64,000 nucleotides of DNA, from the NCBI GenBank assembly GCA_963793425.1, contig CAWCAG010000005.1:1184001-1248000 (forward strand), written 5' to 3'. A model generated the notes under the pieces. It saw nothing but the letters and a program-made list of their open reading frames with translations, was not told the origin of the DNA and did not search any database. Made by a program: the position numbers and the translations under genes. Positions 11,823 through 20,391 of this stretch are shown piece by piece (the first letter of the stretch is position 1; each line of letters starts with the position of its first letter). This DNA is from an uncultured cyanobacterium (lineage in GTDB: Bacteria; Cyanobacteriota; Cyanobacteriia; Cyanobacteriales; CAWCAG01).

Positions 11823-13366
11823 ATGTCTTTTCTTGATCCTCTTTACGCTCTTTTCCTCCTCGTCATCATAGAAGTTGCTTGGTTGCTAAGGCAATTAATT
11901 CCTCAAGGTAAAACCCGCAACCAAATACAACTGTGGTTGTTTTTAATAGCTAGTATTGCTTTCTATGCCTCCTTACAGTGGTGGTATATTCCTTTACTCC
12001 TAATCATGGCTTTGCTTAACTTTTATCTTGGTAAAGCCATGGAGGAAAAAGTCAGTATAGGAGTTCAACAGGCGCAGGATCAAAATCTTTCTAACCAAGA
12101 ATGGGAAAACTTACAACAATCTTGGAATCGTAAGGCTACTAATATTCTGATTCTGGGTATTGTTGCCAACATCCTAGTTTTGGTGGCTTTTAAATATCTT
12201 CCTTTTCTTCTCAATAGCTTTGCTGCTAGCTTCAACTCAGCTTCAGCAAGTGAAAATGCTAGTTGGTTGAGCAAAAACTTGCTTGCCCCTTTAGGAATCT
12301 CTTTTTTTACTTTTGAATGTATTGCTTATCTAGTTGATATTTCCAGGGGTAGCAAAGCTAGTCGAAGTTTGTTGCAATTTACTAGTTATAAACTCTTTTT
12401 TCCTAAATTAATTTCTGGCCCAATTACTCGTTATCACGAATTAGCTAAACAATTTAATAGTGATCAAACCCCAGTTATCAATGACTATATTGAAGGATTT
12501 TGGCTTATTGCTTTGGGGGCAGTCAAAAAAGCTTTGGTAGCAGATCGCTTGGGGATTTTTGTGGATTTATGTTTTGGCAATCTGGAAAGGGCAGGTAGTG
12601 GCGATCTTTGGTTAGCGATTATTGCCTATGGTTTACAACTCTATTTTGATTTTAGCGGTTACGTGGACTTAGCTCGTGGTAGCGCTATGTTATTGGGCTT
12701 TAATCTGCCAGAAAATTTTAACTATCCTTACTTTAGTACTAGTATTGCTGACTTTTGGCGACGTTGGCATATGACCTTGGGAGATTGGTTACGCAATTAC
12801 TTATACTTCCCTTTAGGAGGCTCTCGTCAGGGTTTAGGGAGGACTTGCCTTAATTTATTATTGGTGATGCTTATTGCCGGAATTTGGCATGGTGCAGCTT
12901 GGGGTTATGTGGTTTGGGGAGGCTTACACGGTTTTGCTTTAGCTATACACCGCCTCACAGATACATTAGTAAAGAGGTTGAAGGGTTAACAGTTTGGTGG
13001 AAAAGCTGGCCAGGAATGGTTATGGCTTGGTTGCTTACTCAATTAATGGTCTTTACTTCTTGGATCTTTTTTCGTCTTCCGGATCTCCGGCAAGCTGGTT
13101 TAGTGATTGGACATTTATGGAACTATTCAGGAGATGTCCAGTTTGCCCAGAAGGTTTATGGAGAAGCAATTGGTTTGGGACAATATCAAGTTTCTGTGTT
13201 GATTACTTTAATATTTGTCGCTATGGCGATCGCCTATTCTATTCAACAAGGTTTGCAGTTAAGGCTAAATTGGCCTATTAAATTGCTCTTTGCTCCTATT
13301 TGCCTTTTGGGAGTTTGGCTTTTAGCCCCGGAAGGAGGGCTACCGTATATTTATTTTGATTTTTAA
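11823..13366 (+). pseudogene. MBOAT-family O-acyltransferase (AlgI/DltB-like), frameshifted near 12960-12985
   Basis: PLGISFFTF, YFDFSGY, FWRRWHMTL and GIWHGA in frame 1; the C-terminus (WIFFR...PYIYFDF) continues in another frame; may be a sequencing error. Confidence 0.8.
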
Positions 13367-13406
13367 AAACTGTTTGATGCTAAATCCGCAGTGTGATTAC
13401 ACTTTA

Positions 13407-13494
13407 GTAGGGTAGGCAAGATAAGCAAATTACATCAGCATCAAAAATTTATTTACTGTTGCCCACAAATAATTAACTAGGTAATGGTGGGCAA
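13407..13494. repeat. degenerate GTAG-type REP element
   Basis: GTAGGGTAGGCAA...TTGCCCAC...GGTGGGCAA. Confidence 0.5.
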
Positions 13495-13700
13495 ACATCA
13501 CAAAATGAGCTTGATAGACAACCTAATTATTTTTTTACACACTTTGACTAATACTGTTCTTTTGAAAGAATAGTTTTTCTGTTCGGAATAGTTGCGATCG
13601 CCTCCTCAAAATCCAGTTTGCACATCAGTTATTATAATTATCGACACTGAAACCAAGCTTTTGCTTAAGTAAGATTAACTATAATTTTTCTACCTGTCCT

Positions 13701-14075
13701 ATGCCAGAAAATAACCTTGCCGTTAATATTACTCTCTTCGATTCCCAACTAAGCGATGAACAACTCCAGGAAGATACAAGTAATCTTCGTGAAGAAATCA
13801 TGGAAGTGGAAGGAGTTCAAGAAGCAAATCTCGTTCCCATAACCCAAGCCCCAGTAGGTTCTAAAGGTATTGGTGATTTCTTAATGGGGCAACTGGAAGC
13901 TTCCATAACCGTTAAAGGTTTGAAAACCTTGGCTAACTTTTTAGGTAATAACCTCTACGGTAAAAAAATTAAAATCAAAGCGGAAGGAAACGGCAAGAAG
14001 TTGGATGTGGAAATTAATCGCCCTGAAGATTTACAGAAGATTATGCCGGAGATTGATGAGTTTATAAATGGTTGA
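13701..14075 (+). CDS. EACC1-like (effector-associated constant component 1) small protein
   Basis: 124 aa; acidic helix, APxGSKG loop, then an amphipathic segment; directly upstream of a caspase gene, the usual EACC1 context. Confidence 0.65.
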   Translation: MPENNLAVNITLFDSQLSDEQLQEDTSNLREEIMEVEGVQEANLVPITQAPVGSKGIGDFLMGQLEASITVKGLKTLANFLGNNLYGKKIKIKAEGNGKKLDVEINRPEDLQKIMPEIDEFING

Positions 14076-14080
14076 AAACT

Positions 14081-14158
14081 GCCCCTTAGCCCCCAATATT
14101 GGGTGAACAAGAGTAATCAAAAGCTCAAAGTCCCCCAGGATTGTGGGATTTAGGGGGC
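14081..14158. repeat. cyanobacterial palindromic intergenic repeat (CCCCCTAAATCCCCC..GGGGG type)
   Basis: gccccttagcccccaatattgggtg ... tcccccaggattgtgggatttagggggc; nested inverted repeats. Confidence 0.65.
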
Positions 14159-14193
14159 GATAAACTTTGCATTCTCAGAAAAAAAGTTAAGCA

Positions 14194-15789
14194 ATGAACA
14201 AACTAGCCCTCCTAGTCGGCATCAGCGAATATAAATCAGCATTGGAACCCTTACCCAGCGCTGAACAGGATGTGCTGGCTATGCAGCAGGTTTTGGAGAA
14301 TGAAGAGATGGGAGGATTTCGGGAAGTTATTCCCTTGGTTAATCCTCCCGTTCAAGACTTGCGGAGAGCTATTTATGACCTGTTTGCGGAACGGAATCAA
14401 GATGACTTACTTCTGTTTTATTTTTCTGGTCATGGGGTGAAAGATCAACATCGCAACCTCTATCTCACTACTCCAGAGACAGAAAAGAATCAAAGAGGCT
14501 CAGTTGTTACTCCCACTGCGATCGCAGCTAATTATCTGCAAAGTCAAATTAGTGCCAGTCGTTCGGAACGGATAGTCATAATTCTTGATTGCTGTTTTAG
14601 TGGGGCTTTTGCTAAGGGGATGACAGCAAAAGATGATGGGGAAGTGGATATTTTCGGGGAATTAGGAGGGAAAGGTAGGGCAATTTTAACTTCTTCTAGT
14701 TCAACGCAATATTCCTTTGAACAAGATGATTCCCAACTTTCTATTTACAGTCGCTATTTAATCGAAGGGATAAAAACGGGGGCCGCAGATCGGGATAATG
14801 ATGGCAGGATTTCTGTAGAAGAGTTACATAATTATGCTAAGGAGAAAGTACAACAAGCTTCTCCTGCGATGACACCGCAATTTTATCCTGTGGAGGAAGG
14901 GTACAAAATTTATCTGGCGCGATCGCCTCAAGATGATCCTCAACTGAAGTATCGTCAAGAGGCACAAAAACGCATTCGTAAGGGAAATTTTTCCCGTGTT
15001 GGTTTGCGTATCCTCCGGCAATTAAGAACAGATTTGGGCTTGTCTACAGAAGAGGCAGAAAAGATTGAAGCAGATGTTTTGCAACCCTACAGGCAATATG
15101 AGCAGAAACTGAAGGAGTTTACAGAAGCGGTGGAGGAGGTGATAGAGGATGAAGGAGGGATTTCCCCAGAAACCCTTGAGGAGTTGCAGGATTATCAAAA
15201 GCTTTTGAGTTTGGTTAATGAGGATGTGGAACCGATTATGGCGCAATATCTCGTCAAATTTAAACCTAAACCTGAACCCCAAGCTCACTCTCCCGCGAAG
15301 CCTCAGCCTAAATCTTCCGTTTCAGAAAAAGAAGCAGAAGTAGAACTAAAATCAGCTAAGGGAATTGACTACACTAAACTCCGGGACTTGCTAGCAGGAG
15401 GAGAGTGGCGTGAAGCAGATGAGGAAACAGCTAGAGTTATGCTTAAAGTTGCTGACAGGGAAGAGGAAGGTTGGTTAGATTCCGATTCAATAAAAATATT
15501 CCCCTGTGAAGACCTGCGTACCATTGACCAACTTTGGGTAAAATATAGCCAAGGACATTTTGGTTTTTCTGTGCAAAAACAGATTTATCAAGAAGTCCAG
15601 GAAGATTACGGAAAGTTTGGCGATCGCGTGGGGTGGAGAGTGAAGGAGACATGGATATATTATTCTGATACGACCTTCGGGTTAGATGCTCCTATGGGTC
15701 ATCTTCCGGGAGAATGGAATCCAAAGTGGCAAGCTGGTATTAAATCAAAGCGGGTATTCTTCTCTCGCGCTCAGACTTGTAGACTGTAG
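14194..15789 (+). CDS. caspase-like (peptidase C14) protease with helical linker and C-terminal GUN4-like domain
   Basis: Intact FSGHG and ILDCCFSG dyad; GUN4 motifs DYTKLRDLLA..W.EAD.ET, DLRTIDQLWVKYS.GHFGFSVQ, AP.GHLP. Confidence 0.9.
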   Translation: MNKLALLVGISEYKSALEPLPSAEQDVLAMQQVLENEEMGGFREVIPLVNPPVQDLRRAIYDLFAERNQDDLLLFYFSGHGVKDQHRNLYLTTPETEKNQRGSVVTPTAIAANYLQSQISASRSERIVIILDCCFSGAFAKGMTAKDDGEVDIFGELGGKGRAILTSSSSTQYSFEQDDSQLSIYSRYLIEGIKTGAADRDNDGRISVEELHNYAKEKVQQASPAMTPQFYPVEEGYKIYLARSPQDDPQLKYRQEAQKRIRKGNFSRVGLRILRQLRTDLGLSTEEAEKIEADVLQPYRQYEQKLKEFTEAVEEVIEDEGGISPETLEELQDYQKLLSLVNEDVEPIMAQYLVKFKPKPEPQAHSPAKPQPKSSVSEKEAEVELKSAKGIDYTKLRDLLAGGEWREADEETARVMLKVADREEEGWLDSDSIKIFPCEDLRTIDQLWVKYSQGHFGFSVQKQIYQEVQEDYGKFGDRVGWRVKETWIYYSDTTFGLDAPMGHLPGEWNPKWQAGIKSKRVFFSRAQTCRL

Positions 15790-15887
15790 CATATAAAGGG
15801 AAGAGTCGTTTGTAACAATCTTTTAACAGAGGGAGTTTCCACGAAACTACTAGTATTTGGGCAATTCCGATACCTGGCACTCTGGTG

Positions 15888-15948
15888 AGGAAGTTGTGGA
15901 AATGGGGAAGTGGGAAGTTGGGGAAATGGGGAAGTGGGGAATTGGGGT
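15888..15948 (+). repeat. G-rich short tandem repeat (GGGGAA(A/G)T)n
   Basis: ggaaatggggaagtgggaagttggggaaatggggaagtggggaattgggg. Confidence 0.75.
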
Positions 15949-15949
15949 T

Positions 15950-16234
15950 TTAGTTTCCTGTCCAAAAATAGGGATTTTCAAATAGCTTGCTTGTAGTTTT
16001 TGGGTCGTAACAATTAACCAAAACGAACTGTTTCGCCACCTCTGCCACCTCTTCTTGCAGCACTTCCCACCGCTCCCAAGGTAAACTCATTTGCCCAGGA
16101 GAAACTTTTTTTCTTCGCCCCTTCCTTTTTAGTTTCACGCCCCCCAACAATTTACTACCCCAGTGATATTTTCTTTCTGGTTTCGGTTTCGGTTTATATC
16201 TGGTACAAAACCCTTTGTATTTCCTGGCACATAC
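15950..16234 (-). mobile_element. C-terminal remnant of a cyanobacterial IS200-like/RAYT HUH (Y1) transposase
   Basis: Extending the 66-aa ORF upstream gives CARKYKGFCTRYKPKPKPERKYHWGSKLL...SPGQMSLPW...VAKQFVLVNCYDP, recognised from memory as the tail of these transposases; no start codon and no HUH core. Confidence 0.6.
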
Positions 16235-16263
16235 CTATTATTTATATTTTGCATATTTTGCTT

Positions 16264-16650
16264 TCAGTGAGAAACAGAATTTTCTTCTAACCACAGAGCC
16301 AATGAATCTTGATTTTCTCGATTTATGGCGACTCCTTCCATCATCATCACAACTTCTTGATTTGCAACCTCAAGGGAATAACCATTTAACTCTAAGAAAG
16401 TTGCCATCACTGCAAAAGCTGTCCTTTTATTCCCATCAATGAAAGGATGATTTTTTGTTAAAGCATATCCATAGGCAGCAGCTAATTCAAACAAACTCGG
16501 TTCACCATAACTCAAAAGATGTTGAGGTCTAGCCAAACTAGCTAAGAGAAGATTGTCATCTCTTATGCCTGGACTTCCTCCATGTTGAGTAATTTGATCG
16601 CCATGAATAGCCATAGCAATCTTCTCATTTATCCAATAAGGTTCGCTCAT
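16264..16650 (-). CDS. doc: Doc/Fic family toxin
   Basis: HGGSPGIRD, NHPFIDGNKRTA. Confidence 0.93.
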   Translation of the reverse strand: MSEPYWINEKIAMAIHGDQITQHGGSPGIRDDNLLLASLARPQHLLSYGEPSLFELAAAYGYALTKNHPFIDGNKRTAFAVMATFLELNGYSLEVANQEVVMMMEGVAINRENQDSLALWLEENSVSH

Positions 16651-16871
16651 TGAGCTAATTCACGCAAAGCATCTTCATATTTCTTACTTACCTTTTCATA
16701 AGCCGCCATTGCTTGAGCCAAGTTTCGCTCTTGGGTAGAAATTTGCACTCCATTTTCAGTTTCTACTAATAAGACTTCCTCTCCTTCAGCAATATCTAGC
16801 TTTTTTAAAACTTCGACGGGTAAAGTTATACCCAAGTCATCACCAATTTTTCTTATTTTGAGAATATACAT
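16647..16871 (-). CDS. AbrB/MazE-type antitoxin of Doc
   Basis: LKIRKIGDDLGITLP...ALRELA; 4-nt overlap with doc. Confidence 0.88.
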   Translation of the reverse strand: MYILKIRKIGDDLGITLPVEVLKKLDIAEGEEVLLVETENGVQISTQERNLAQAMAAYEKVSKKYEDALRELAQ

Positions 16872-16910
16872 AAAACAGAGAGATTAAGACTAGGAAATTA
16901 TTATAGTAGA

Positions 16911-17000
16911 TTCCAATAAAATCTCTTCAAACTCTGAGGTAGGTAGAATCTTGACTGTAAACTTGGGAATACCATCAAGTTTGTGTTGGTCAAGGGTCAT
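16911..17000 (-). pseudogene. truncated copy of the 76-aa gene at 18757-18987
   Basis: MTLDQHKLDGIPKFTVKILPTSEFEEILLE, after which homology ends. Confidence 0.75.
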
Positions 17001-17226
17001 AGCTACCTTTGTAAGTGCTATAAATACGGTAGCCCGGTAAAACCAGAGCGATACCTGCATTAGAATGTATCGTACCTGGATAATCTTCCTCGGCTAAACT
17101 ACCACCAAGGCGAATCCGCAATCTACCCAACCAAATATACAACCCTGGAATCAGAGTATCTAAACTATAAGCAATCGCCTGCAATTGTGAATCACTAGAT
17201 TCAGTTTTTTGTTCAGGAGTAGACAT
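16990..17226 (-). CDS. hypothetical 78-aa protein (copy 1)
   Basis: Reading frame conserved between two diverged copies. Confidence 0.65.
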   Translation of the reverse strand: MSTPEQKTESSDSQLQAIAYSLDTLIPGLYIWLGRLRIRLGGSLAEEDYPGTIHSNAGIALVLPGYRIYSTYKGSYDP

Positions 17227-17560
17227 GGGAAAACTAGAAACCTACCGTCAATATGTCCAAAAAATTCTCACTCAAAGAGCCAGCTTTGAGCAAAATGAAG
17301 ATGGAATTGAAACCCATCTTATCTTAGATACAGAAAGGGACTATTATCAACTCTTAGATATAGGTTGGCAGCAAGAAAAACAAGTATTTGACTGCTATTT
17401 ATACTTGCAAATTAAAAATGGCAAAATTTGGATCTATAGAGACTTAACGGATAGAGCTATTGCAGATGAGTTAAGAGAATTAGGCGTACCGACTGAAGAT
17501 ATTGTCCTCGCTTTTTACACTCCCCAAAGAAGACAATTTACTAACTTTGCTGTTTGCTGA
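17225..17560 (+). CDS. xisI: XisI family protein (no xisH upstream)
   Basis: YRQYVQKIL, ILDTERDYYQL..GW, IKNGKIWI..D.TD..IADEL..LGVP.EDIVLAF. Confidence 0.9.
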   Translation: MGKLETYRQYVQKILTQRASFEQNEDGIETHLILDTERDYYQLLDIGWQQEKQVFDCYLYLQIKNGKIWIYRDLTDRAIADELRELGVPTEDIVLAFYTPQRRQFTNFAVC

Positions 17561-17565
17561 AAATG

Positions 17566-17615
17566 TCAAGTAACAACAAATAACAAATTGGAGAGGTATT
17601 GGAAACTACAATCAC
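17566..17615 (-). pseudogene. N-terminal stub of a DUF3368 PIN-like toxin
   Basis: GTG start immediately after the UPF0175 stop: MIVVSNTSPICYLLLL. Confidence 0.65.
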
Positions 17616-17879
17616 CTAATTTCTCAACTTTTCAAGAGTTTGCAAATCCTTTTCCAATTCAACCTCATCGTAATTAAGATAAACTCCCATCTTTTGTAAA
17701 AAACTGTGGGTTGCTAAACGAGAAGGCAACTTAAGTATTTGTCTTACCTCTGCGGTACTAATTTCGCCACAACCATAAGCATCAGCAACTAGCCTTTCCA
17801 ATAATCGCTCAGAAAGATTTCCCCACAGCTTGTCTAACCTTTGAGCAATTTCATCAGGAATTTCAATGGCAACTTGCAT
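17616..17879 (-). CDS. UPF0175 family putative antitoxin
   Basis: MQVAIEIPD...AY..GEIST..V..IL.L.SR...FL...GVYLNYD..ELE.D. Confidence 0.85.
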   Translation of the reverse strand: MQVAIEIPDEIAQRLDKLWGNLSERLLERLVADAYGCGEISTAEVRQILKLPSRLATHSFLQKMGVYLNYDEVELEKDLQTLEKLRN

Positions 17880-18034
17880 AAAACTCAGCCTTTAAAACCT
17901 AAACTACTTCTATAGTAAAAGACTTAGCTGTACTTTATTCAGCGATAATGCGTCACCCTCGCCAAATTGAGGAGTCGTGCTGGTCAATAAGTAGTGCAAT
18001 AATAAAATAATCAGCAGCGTGTCTAACTTCAATC

Positions 18035-18343
18035 ATGACAAAACTAACCATCGAATTACCTAAAAAATTAGAGAAGCAACTATTAGCGGTAGCTAAACAA
18101 GAAAACCTTTCTTTAGAGACTTTTGTTTTGAAGCTGCTAACCAAGCTAGTGAGTTTCTACACAAAAAAAGAGCAAGATAATCTCTTGAATATACAAATTA
18201 TCAAGACAGACTCAATTAGAAAAAACTCTCTTGACCAAGCTAAAGATTTGGATTTTGCAACTCTTTTAGAAATCACTCAAGATACTTGGAAACAAGAAGA
18301 TGGCTTAGTTTATCAAGAAAAGGTTAGACAGGAGTGGTCGTGA
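18035..18343 (+). CDS. putative antitoxin (RHH-like N-terminus) of the VapC
   Basis: MTKLTIELP...; C-terminal DG..YQ..VRQEW overlaps the PIN gene start. Confidence 0.7.
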   Translation: MTKLTIELPKKLEKQLLAVAKQENLSLETFVLKLLTKLVSFYTKKEQDNLLNIQIIKTDSIRKNSLDQAKDLDFATLLEITQDTWKQEDGLVYQEKVRQEWS

Positions 18344-18714
18344 AATTTTTGTTGGATTCAGTTATTTTGATTGACCACTTCAATAATATCAATAAAGCCA
18401 CAAAATACATAAACAGTGTGCATTCAGAAAGTGCCATTTCTGTAATAACGAGAGCAGAAGTTTTAACTGGATTTGATTCCCCTCAAAGAGACATAGCGAG
18501 CCAGTTCCTCGATTATTTTACTACCTTAGAAATGAATATCGCTATTGCAGATTTGGCTGCTACTTTGCGCCGTCAAGAAGGTTGGAAATTACCTGATGCT
18601 ATTCAAGCAGCTTTTGCACAAACTTACCAACTTATCCTCGTAACTCGCAACTTCCGAGATTTTCCACCTGAACGCTACAATTTTGTCTTGATTCCCTACA
18701 CTATACTGCCATAA
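18340..18714 (+). CDS. vapC: PIN-domain (VapC) toxin
   Basis: FLLDSVILID, SVITRAEVL, KLPDAIQAA, LVTRNFRDF; AGGAG SD before GTG at 18340. Confidence 0.92.
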   Translation: MKFLLDSVILIDHFNNINKATKYINSVHSESAISVITRAEVLTGFDSPQRDIASQFLDYFTTLEMNIAIADLAATLRRQEGWKLPDAIQAAFAQTYQLILVTRNFRDFPPERYNFVLIPYTILP

Positions 18715-18756
18715 GCGGAAGTAGGAATAATATAGTGCGATCGCAATAATCTAAAT

Positions 18757-18987
18757 TCAACTAACATGATAAGCCGTAATTGCTATCCTACCGTCTGGAC
18801 TGTAAATCGCTTCAACTCGCCTAAACTGAGGATGACTCCACCAAACCTTAACGCGATTACCTCTAGCTGGGGCTGTGCCAATTTTACCGTATCCAGCTTC
18901 CAACAAAATCTCTTCAAATTCCGAAGTAGGTAGAATTTTGACTGTAAACTTAGGAATACCATCAAGTTGGTGCTGGTCAAGGGTCAT
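18757..18987 (-). CDS. hypothetical 76-aa protein, possible small RNase-toxin-like fold
   Basis: Overlaps the upstream 78-aa gene by 11 nt; ends ...YSPDGRIAITAYHV. Confidence 0.6.
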   Translation of the reverse strand: MTLDQHQLDGIPKFTVKILPTSEFEEILLEAGYGKIGTAPARGNRVKVWWSHPQFRRVEAIYSPDGRIAITAYHVS

Positions 18988-19213
18988 AGCTACCTTTGTA
19001 AGTGCTATAAATACGGTAGCCCGGTAAAACTATAGCAATACCGGCGTTTGTATGTATCGTACCTGGATAACCTTCCTCGGCTAAACTACCACCAAGGCGA
19101 ATTCGTAACCCACCCAACCAAATATACAACCCTGGAATCAGAGTATCTAAACTATAAGCGATCGCCTGCAATTGTGGATCACTAGATTTAATTTTTTGTT
19201 CAGGAATAGACAT
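18977..19213 (-). CDS. hypothetical 78-aa protein (copy 2)
   Basis: Close paralogue of 16990-17226. Confidence 0.65.
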   Translation of the reverse strand: MSIPEQKIKSSDPQLQAIAYSLDTLIPGLYIWLGGLRIRLGGSLAEEGYPGTIHTNAGIAIVLPGYRIYSTYKGSYDP

Positions 19214-19479
19214 GGGAAAATCGCAAACCTACCGCCAATATATCCAAAAACTTCTTACTCAAAGAGCCAGCTTTTAGCAAAATGAAGATGGAATTGAAAC
19301 ACATCTTATCCTAGACACAGAAAGGGACTATTATCAACTTTCGGATATAGGTTGGCAGTAAGAAAAACAAGTATTTGACTGCTATTTATACTTGCAAATC
19401 AAAAATAGTAAAATTTGGATCTATAGAGACTTAACAGATCGGGCTATTGCAGACGAATTAAGAGAATTAGGCGTACCGA
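19212..19479 (+). pseudogene. xisI: XisI pseudogene (copy 2)
   Basis: Near-identical to 17225-17492 but with in-frame TAG and TAA and a 3' truncation. Confidence 0.85.
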
Positions 19480-19654
19480 ATGCGTCGCCCCCGCTAAATT
19501 GAGGAGTTTAACACCTAAGTATCACAGCCATTTGTAAAGACAACTTAGCTTTTATCCGGTGCGATCGCTGCTAAAAGTTACCACAAGTTTACTAATACTA
19601 ATTCTCACCAGTAATGCAATAATGAAATAATCAGCAGCTTGTCTAACTTCAATC

Positions 19655-19993
19655 ATGACAAAACTAACCATCGAATTACCTGAAAAATTAGAGAAGCAAT
19701 TATTAGCGGTGGCTAAGCGAGAAAATCTTTCTTTAGAGACTTTTATTTTAAAGCTGCTAACAAAGCTAGTGAGTTTCTATACGAAAAAAGAGCAAGATAA
19801 TCTCTTGAACATACAAATCATCAAGACAGACTCAATTAGAAAAAACTCTTTTGACCAAGCTAAAAATCTGGATTTTGCAACCTCAACATATCCCTGGTTA
19901 CATTCGTTTGGCAGGAATAGACAACCTAATTATCTTTTTGCCCACCCTAAGTTGACTGATACAAGCAAGAAATTTTCAAAAGTATACAAATAA
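19655..19993 (+). pseudogene. truncated/chimeric copy of the antitoxin at 18035
   Basis: Homology ends at about 19881 (LDFAT); no PIN gene follows. Confidence 0.75.
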
Positions 19994-20303
19994 AGTCTAA
20001 ATCAAACACCAGCGTATACACAAACGCATATCCCAGGCTTTGATAATAGATATATAGCAAAGCAACGAAAAGAGGAACGCACTCTGTACAGCTAAAGGTA
20101 GTCAAACAAAAAATTGTTTTTATATGCCCTTAGTGTTGAGCCACGAACCTCGAATCAACTTGCTTTAATGCTTACTACTTTGTGGATTTTGCCTCAACAA
20201 AATCCCTTAGTAATTAATTCAAGGAGGTGTAAGGAAAAAGCAATTAGGTCTTTGATGTAAGATGGCTATTTTTTGACAAAGGTTAGTTCTCAGAATGGAT
20301 ATT

Positions 20304-20339
20304 AGCTGGGCCAAAGTTTGGGAGGCTCAGCTTTTTTTT
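20304..20339 (+). terminator. Rho-independent terminator
   Basis: agctgggcc...ggctcagct followed by a T tract. Confidence 0.65.
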
Positions 20340-20391
20340 GTTGAGAATTAGTTTTGCTTCCTTACCTAGTGATAATGATAACAAGGAAAAT

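Noticed and set aside
10317..15789. Classical diversity-generating retroelement (Avd-like four-helix bundle plus caspase target)
   Set aside because: No reverse transcriptase and no TR/VR repeat pair in the window; the four-helix gene is truncated and 4 kb away.
15888..15948. CRISPR array or the 64-aa ORF 15771-15965
   Set aside because: Short degenerate tandem repeats without spacers; the ORF is translated repeat and non-coding DNA. No CRISPR array or cas gene was seen in the window.
17225..17560. fdxN-type excision element
   Set aside because: No xisF recombinase, xisH or interrupted nif/fdxN gene nearby.
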